NCBI GenBank assembly: GCA_043754535.1
Contig: JAYUUN010000103.1
Span: 62,001-92,131 of the forward strand
Reading direction: 5' to 3'
Source: Chloroflexota bacterium
GTDB lineage: Bacteria; Chloroflexota; Chloroflexia; QHBQ01
DNA length: 30,131 nucleotides
Each line of letters opens with the position of its first letter. Within the stretch, counting starts at the first letter, position 1. Position numbers and translations under genes: made by a program. This document shows positions 25,586 through 30,131 of this stretch, piece by piece. The notes below the pieces were generated by a model. It was not told where the DNA came from. It saw only the letters and a list, made by a program, of their open reading frames with translations, and did no database searches.

Positions 25586-25674
25586 AAGCGGATAAGCAGA
25601 TGTGGTAGCCTAGGCTCCATGTCAGCCAGCGAAGCTGGGACACCCTGGAGCTACTACCATTCGCTTATCCGCTT
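25586..25674. other. Long imperfect inverted repeat between convergent genes
   Basis: AAGCGGATAAGC (25586-25597) / GCTTATCCGCTT (25663-25674) plus nested TGGTAG/CTACCA, GCTCCA/TGGAGC, TGTC/GACA and CCAGC-GAA-GCTGG. Confidence 0.8.
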
Positions 25675-25702
25675 ACAAGTTCGCTAGCCAGGGGCGATCC
25701 AA

Positions 25703-26074
25703 CTAGACGAAGCGAGTCAGGTCGGTAGCCGTGCGGCGCATATCGAGCATCACAAGGCCGAGCTTAGCTTCCTTGCGGGCGAGGGCGGTCAACACCGCTT
25801 CGGTACCGACGGCCATCAGCAGCACATAGCCGTGTTCACCCCGAATAAACACCTGGTCGAGGGTGCCACGTCCCAGTTCGATTGCGATGCGCTCACCGAG
25901 CGAGAGCATGGCCGCGCTCATAGCGGAGACGCGATCCTCCTCTACATCGTTCGGCAGGGCCGAGGCAATGATCAGCCCATCTACGCTAACCAGGGCCGAA
26001 GCCTCAATGTCGGGCGTACTGGCTTGCAGGCTTTTCAGGCGAGCGATCATCTCGTTGTTGCGGTTAAATGCCAT
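25703..26074 (-). CDS. Roadblock/LC7 domain protein (MglB-like)
   Basis: DIEASALVSVDGLIIASALP...DRVSAMSAAMLSLGER...AKLGLV; AAAGGAG RBS. Confidence 0.9.
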   Translation of the reverse strand: MAFNRNNEMIARLKSLQASTPDIEASALVSVDGLIIASALPNDVEEDRVSAMSAAMLSLGERIAIELGRGTLDQVFIRGEHGYVLLMAVGTEAVLTALARKEAKLGLVMLDMRRTATDLTRFV

Positions 26075-26126
26075 CTATCAGTCTCTCCTTTCGCCACGCC
26101 TGAGCAGCGTATGCGCTTGTGCCTGT

Positions 26127-26135
26127 ATTATACCA
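26127..26135 (-). promoter_or_regulatory. Extended -10 (TGgTATAAT), internal promoter for the roadblock gene
   Basis: Minus strand CGTGGTATAATAC in the 103-nt gap. Confidence 0.6.
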
Positions 26136-26177
26136 CGTATCTGCAACCGCTGCGTCAAGCCACGGCGGGCGCGGTTC

Positions 26178-26708
26178 TCAATCTTCGGCGGCGGCCAGCA
26201 CGGTGTAGAGCAGTTCGAGCAGCACACCCTTGACTTGCTGCTTGTCGCGGGCGATGCAGGGGATCACCTTGATGTGCTTTGGTAGGCGCAGGGCCAGGCG
26301 GATCTCGTCTGGCGACCAGGCATTCTCCACATCCTGCTTGTTGGCCGCAACCACGTAGGGGGTCTCGCGGTAGCTGTTGAAGAAGTCAATGATGCGCGCT
26401 GTCTCACGGAAGGTGTCGGGCCGGGTGCTGTCCACCAGCACGATCAGCCCCAGCATCCCCTCGGAGAGGATTTCCCACATGAAGTCGAAGCGTTTCTGCC
26501 CCGGCGTGCCAAAGAGGTGCAGCACCAGATCATCAGCGATAGTGATGCGCCCAAAGTCCATCGCCACCGTCGTCTCTTTCTTCAAGAGGCTGGTTTCGTC
26601 GGTCGCCCGCCGTTCGGTGGCGACGACCTCGATCTCGCTGATCGTCCTGATGAACTCGGACTTCCCGGCGTTGACCGCCCCGGAGATGACCATTTTAACT
26701 GTGTGCAT
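26178..26708 (-). CDS. Small Ras-like GTPase (MglA/CvnD-like)
   Basis: GAVNAGKS (G1), TTVAMDFG (G2), FGTPGQKRF (G3), NKQD (G4); start at ATG 26708. Confidence 0.9.
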   Translation of the reverse strand: MHTVKMVISGAVNAGKSEFIRTISEIEVVATERRATDETSLLKKETTVAMDFGRITIADDLVLHLFGTPGQKRFDFMWEILSEGMLGLIVLVDSTRPDTFRETARIIDFFNSYRETPYVVAANKQDVENAWSPDEIRLALRLPKHIKVIPCIARDKQQVKGVLLELLYTVLAAAED

Positions 26709-26772
26709 AACTCCCCTGCCCGCCTCCATCCTCTCCCGCTTGTGGCCCACACTGCGCCCTGCCATTTTGCCC

Positions 26773-27714
26773 TTAGATGCCGCGGATGCGCTCGATCAGT
26801 TGGCGGATCAAGCCCTTCTTCGCTGGCTGCTCCGACTGGCGTACCATCGTACCGTCACCGCGCAGCCGCCCTGCCGCGTTCTGCCCGACCAGCGGGTAGT
26901 TGGGCCGTTCGCTCTCCCGCACCCTGGGGATGCTACCCTCGCGCGGGATTGTCCCCTGCACTGGCGCACTGCTGGGGCGTGGTTCGCCAGGGCGCAGCCG
27001 CTCCTTGACTACCTCGACCAGGCCCGCTTGCAGGAAGCCGTAGACGATGCGGCAGACCTCGAACTCACTCAGATTGGTTAGTTCGGCAATGTTGCCGACG
27101 TTGGTGCTGGCACTGATGCGAGCAAAGACGCGCCACTCGTCGGGCGTGAGGTTGACTTCCTTCGCCTTCTCGGTCGGCTGGTCGGCAAAGCGCACCACCA
27201 CATCCAGGCTGGGGATGCGGTCACGGATGCGCGACCACTCATCAATACGACGCACCCCCTCCATGATGATGTTCTCGATACTCAGGGGGATCGTCACCGT
27301 CTCTGGTGGGGGCATGATACCCGGCTCGAAGCGGAAGTCGCCCTCGCTCCAGCCAAACAGCGAATAGACGGTCTCCTCCAACTGCGCCCGCACGCAACGC
27401 ACTATCTCCTCTTTGCTGATGTAAGTCTGCTCGACAAGGATCAGGCCAACTGGCTTCTCAGGCGAAACGGTGCGTTGCAGGTGGAGGGCGTGGTCGCGCT
27501 GGTCGCGGCTGATCTTGCCGACGCGCAGTAGCAGGTCGCCCAGCTTCTCCTCGCCGCCATGCTTGAGTGCGTAGACCAGCTTGCCATTCTGGAAGTAGAG
27601 GCGGGCTGCATCACCAGTGCGTTGGATGTTCAACGCGCCGGTTTTGTAGCCACGATCAACCAGGTAGAGGAAGTCGGACAGGCTAAAATCTCGCAGGTTG
27701 CCTACCAGGGCCAC
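26773..27714 (-). CDS. DUF4388 (PatA_N-like) domain protein
   Basis: LVGNLRDFSLSDFL...KTGAL...LYFQNGKLVYA, KLGDLLL, LFGWSEGDFRF, IIMEGVRRIDEW, followed by a wHTH-like segment (LTPDEWRV...GLVEV). Confidence 0.85.
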   Translation of the reverse strand: MALVGNLRDFSLSDFLYLVDRGYKTGALNIQRTGDAARLYFQNGKLVYALKHGGEEKLGDLLLRVGKISRDQRDHALHLQRTVSPEKPVGLILVEQTYISKEEIVRCVRAQLEETVYSLFGWSEGDFRFEPGIMPPPETVTIPLSIENIIMEGVRRIDEWSRIRDRIPSLDVVVRFADQPTEKAKEVNLTPDEWRVFARISASTNVGNIAELTNLSEFEVCRIVYGFLQAGLVEVVKERLRPGEPRPSSAPVQGTIPREGSIPRVRESERPNYPLVGQNAAGRLRGDGTMVRQSEQPAKKGLIRQLIERIRGI

Positions 27715-27753
27715 GTCTTAACTCCTTCCTCCACCAGTTGCTGAGTTGCGCTC

Positions 27754-27782
27754 ATTATATAGCTGGCTAACTGCCAGGTCAA
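27754..27782 (-). promoter_or_regulatory. Near-consensus sigma70 promoter (proximal)
   Basis: TTGACC-17 nt-TATAAT. Confidence 0.75.
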
Positions 27783-27879
27783 GCAGACAGGGAACAAATC
27801 GCGTCTGCCAAAACCAGATGGTAAGGGGCTGGCAGGGTCGGCAGGGCAAGGCAACTTGCCATAACAAGTAACTAATTCC

Positions 27880-27908
27880 ATTGTAGCAGAAAAACCTTGC
27901 GCTGGCAA
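27880..27908 (-). promoter_or_regulatory. Second sigma70 promoter (distal)
   Basis: TTGCCA-17 nt-TACAAT with TG extension. Confidence 0.6.
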
Positions 27909-27968
27909 GTAGTTGAGCCGAAAATGAGGGTTGGATGTGCTAAAGTGCTAGCGAGCTACGCGCGTTGG

Positions 27969-28637
27969 CTACCGCTCAGCCAGGCTGCCCAGGCGTTGGC
28001 TCATATCCAGCACAGCGGCTTCGGTCTCCGCAGTAGTGGGGCTGTGGTCGTAGAGGCTAGTTAGCTCGAAGGGGGGGCCGAAGGTGATCGAAACGCGGTG
28101 GGGGCGGGGGAAGCGGCTACCCTTCGGCAGCACCTTGTTGGTGCCAGTGATATAGGCGGGGATGATCGGGCAACGCAGCTTGCTTGCCAGGCGGATCGCC
28201 CCCGTCCGCATCTGCTGCAACTCGCCGTCCGTGCTGCGTGTCCCCTCTGGGAAAGTGACCAGGCACTTGCCCTCCTTGAGGATAGCCAGCGAGCGGCGGG
28301 TAGCGGTGGTGTCGCGCACGCTGCGGTTGACCGCGAAGCCGCCCAGGTTGCCCAGAATCCAGCCCATCACTTTGCTATCCCACAACTCCTCTTTTGCCAT
28401 GAAGTAGAGCGTCTGCGGCCAGGCTGCCCAGCCGACCAGCGGCGGGTCGATCAGGCTCAGATGGTTGGCAACGATGATGTATGGGCCATGCTTGGGCAGG
28501 TGTTGCTTGCCGCGAATACGCGTCCGCAGGTAGACGCGAAAGACGAGGGTAAAGATTATTTCGGCGACGATCCGCACCACCGGGTTGATGTTAGCTTGGG
28601 GTGTACGTTCTGGCTCAGGCTGGGGCATGGTTGGCAC
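27969..28637 (-). CDS. plsC: 1-acyl-sn-glycerol-3-phosphate acyltransferase
   Basis: NHLSLID (HX4D), FMAKEEL, FPEGTRS motifs. Confidence 0.9.
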   Translation of the reverse strand: MPTMPQPEPERTPQANINPVVRIVAEIIFTLVFRVYLRTRIRGKQHLPKHGPYIIVANHLSLIDPPLVGWAAWPQTLYFMAKEELWDSKVMGWILGNLGGFAVNRSVRDTTATRRSLAILKEGKCLVTFPEGTRSTDGELQQMRTGAIRLASKLRCPIIPAYITGTNKVLPKGSRFPRPHRVSITFGPPFELTSLYDHSPTTAETEAAVLDMSQRLGSLAER

Positions 28638-28639
28638 CT

Positions 28640-29554
28640 TCAGAGGATGTGCAGACTGCTAGCGGAGAGGTAGAAGTAGACGACGACAAGGGCAAAGATG
28701 ATGCTATCCAGCCGATCCAACAGCCCACCGTGACCGGGGATCAGGTGGCTACTATCCTTGACCCCCATCGCCCGCTTGAACATGGACTCGATCAGGTCGC
28801 CGAGTACCGCAGCAGGAGCTAGCACCGCTGCCAGTAGCAAGGCAGCCAACGGGCTGAGAGTAGGGATTAGCCCACCGAAGCTGAACAGAACGGCGACCAC
28901 AATCGCGGTCAGGATGCCGCCAATCGTACCCTCCCAGGTCTTGCCGGGGCTAATCCAGGGGATCATCTTGTGTTTGCCCCAGCGCGTGCCGCTGAAGTAC
29001 GCCCCGGTGTCGGCGGAGGCCGTGCAGAGGATGACGAAGGCCAGCCACCAGACGCTATCGAGGTAGACGTACCAGCCCAGGCGCAGCAGCCAGCCAACGT
29101 ACAGCAGGCAGCCGAGCGTGAGCGCAAGATCGAGCCAGATGCGACTAACCGCGGCACGATCCAGGCTGGGCGGCACAAGCGAGGGTAGGCCCGCCGCAAA
29201 GTTGCTGCGCGCCTGTACTACCTGCCCGCCAGTCCCTTTCCACAGGAGGCTGACCAGCAGTGCGCCGAGCAGGATCGGCAGGGCGAGGCCACGTTGCACC
29301 GTAAAGTCAGCGACGATCAGGTTGGGGTGTGTGGTCGCGCTCTCCAAATAAGCATCGAGGACGAGCAGTACCGAGCCACCAATTGCCACCCAGCGCACCG
29401 GCTGGTAGCCGCCAGCCTGGGCCATCGCACAGAACTCGTAGGCGCAGGCCCCGGCAATCAGCAGCAGCACCAGCGCAAAGTAAGGTGCTGGCGCACTCAG
29501 CACCGCCACCACCACCCCGATCAGCATCAACCCACTAACGATCCGCGTCCGCAT
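28640..29554 (-). CDS. cdsA: Phosphatidate cytidylyltransferase
   Basis: DTGAYFSG..WGKHK, ISPGKTWEG, GDLIESMFKR..GVKDSSHLIPGHGGLLDRLDS. Confidence 0.95.
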   Translation of the reverse strand: MRTRIVSGLMLIGVVVAVLSAPAPYFALVLLLIAGACAYEFCAMAQAGGYQPVRWVAIGGSVLLVLDAYLESATTHPNLIVADFTVQRGLALPILLGALLVSLLWKGTGGQVVQARSNFAAGLPSLVPPSLDRAAVSRIWLDLALTLGCLLYVGWLLRLGWYVYLDSVWWLAFVILCTASADTGAYFSGTRWGKHKMIPWISPGKTWEGTIGGILTAIVVAVLFSFGGLIPTLSPLAALLLAAVLAPAAVLGDLIESMFKRAMGVKDSSHLIPGHGGLLDRLDSIIFALVVVYFYLSASSLHIL

Positions 29555-29678
29555 CTTGCTACCTCAGCTTCTTTACTCGTTGCGAAGGCCCGCTCTTGCA
29601 CCCTCTAACTTGTTGCTATTATACACGCTCCTGTCAACCGCACCCCACTAACCAGCAGCACCTGGCTATTGCATGGGC

Positions 29679-29687
29679 TGGTATAAT
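29679..29687 (+). promoter_or_regulatory. Extended -10 (TGgTATAAT) for plsY; divergent TATAAT for cdsA at 29618-29623 on the minus strand
   Basis: Direct motif reading in the divergent intergenic region. Confidence 0.6.
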
Positions 29688-29755
29688 AGAGACGTAGCAC
29701 TGGGTAGCTGGACTGCCCAGGCAGAGACTGACGCTCCCTGGAAGGAGGTTCAAAG

Positions 29756-30130
29756 ATGACCCTCAGCTTTATCCTACTCATCATCGTCGCCTACGTGATC
29801 GGCGGCATTCCCAGCGGCCCACTAGTGGTTGACCGCCGTGGTGTTGACCTGACGACGCGGGGCAGTGGCAAGACGGGTATGACCAATGTAATGCGGACGG
29901 CGGGCTATGGCCCGGCTGCGCTTGTCGCGGTGGGCGACATCCTCAAGGGCGTGCTTGCGATCTTCGCCGCCCGCTGGATTATCTACAACGTGGGCCAGTT
30001 TGAGCCGACAATCAACCTCGGTAGCTTGCAGATCGCCACCGTGCCACTCGTCGAGTTCATTGCCGCAACGGTGGTGATCGCCGGTCACGTCTGGTCGGTC
30101 TGGCTGCGCCTGTTCACTGGCAAGTGGAGC
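29756..30130 (+). CDS. plsY: Glycerol-3-phosphate acyltransferase PlsY, 3' truncated
   Basis: Translated by hand: AAGGAGG RBS, MTLSFILLIIVAYVIGGIPSG...DLTTRGSGKTGMTNVMR...DILKG...GHVWS; runs off the window. Confidence 0.92.
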   Translation, partial: MTLSFILLIIVAYVIGGIPSGPLVVDRRGVDLTTRGSGKTGMTNVMRTAGYGPAALVAVGDILKGVLAIFAARWIIYNVGQFEPTINLGSLQIATVPLVEFIAATVVIAGHVWSVWLRLFTGKWS

Positions 30131-30131
30131 G

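Noticed and set aside
25586..25674. SRP RNA, 6S RNA or integron attC identity for the hairpin
   Set aside because: Lacks the SRP helix-8 motif, is too short and lacks the central bubble of 6S, and has no RYYYAAC/GTTRRRY ends.
27702..27908. 68-aa minus-strand ORF upstream of the DUF4388 gene
   Set aside because: It begins in a -35 box and spans two promoters; no coding features.
1..30131. CRISPR arrays, tRNA/rRNA genes, transposases, integrases, prophage genes
   Set aside because: No regularly spaced repeats, tRNA/rRNA signatures or mobility-gene motifs were seen by eye.

Overview
GC-rich bacterial chromosomal window, most likely Chloroflexota (inferred from the style of the SLH domains, the DUF4388-MglA-MglB module and the PimA/PIP-synthase cluster). 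It carries about 23 genes: two glycosyltransferases (GT4 and GT-C); a Ser/Thr kinase fused to a beta-helix (bactofilin-like) domain, translationally coupled to a 1053-aa membrane-anchored coiled-coil protein; a secreted clan GH-A/CBM/SLH protein; a tRNA nucleotidyltransferase-hypothetical-methyltransferase-pxpB operon; a PHP-PimA-like-CDP-alcohol phosphotransferase operon; an orphan hutH; an ABC-F ATPase with a resistance-type linker; a DUF4388-small GTPase-roadblock module; and plsC, cdsA and plsY. The most unusual signals are (1) two single-gene membrane-protein cassettes, each bracketed by direct repeats (56 bp and 18 bp) with no transposase or integrase nearby, one duplicating a leaderless promoter plus the first codons of the cca gene; (2) the kinase-beta-helix/coiled-coil pair; (3) the PHP enzyme as a candidate PIP phosphatase; and (4) a long intergenic hairpin. 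All family assignments are by eye from motifs; no database search was run.
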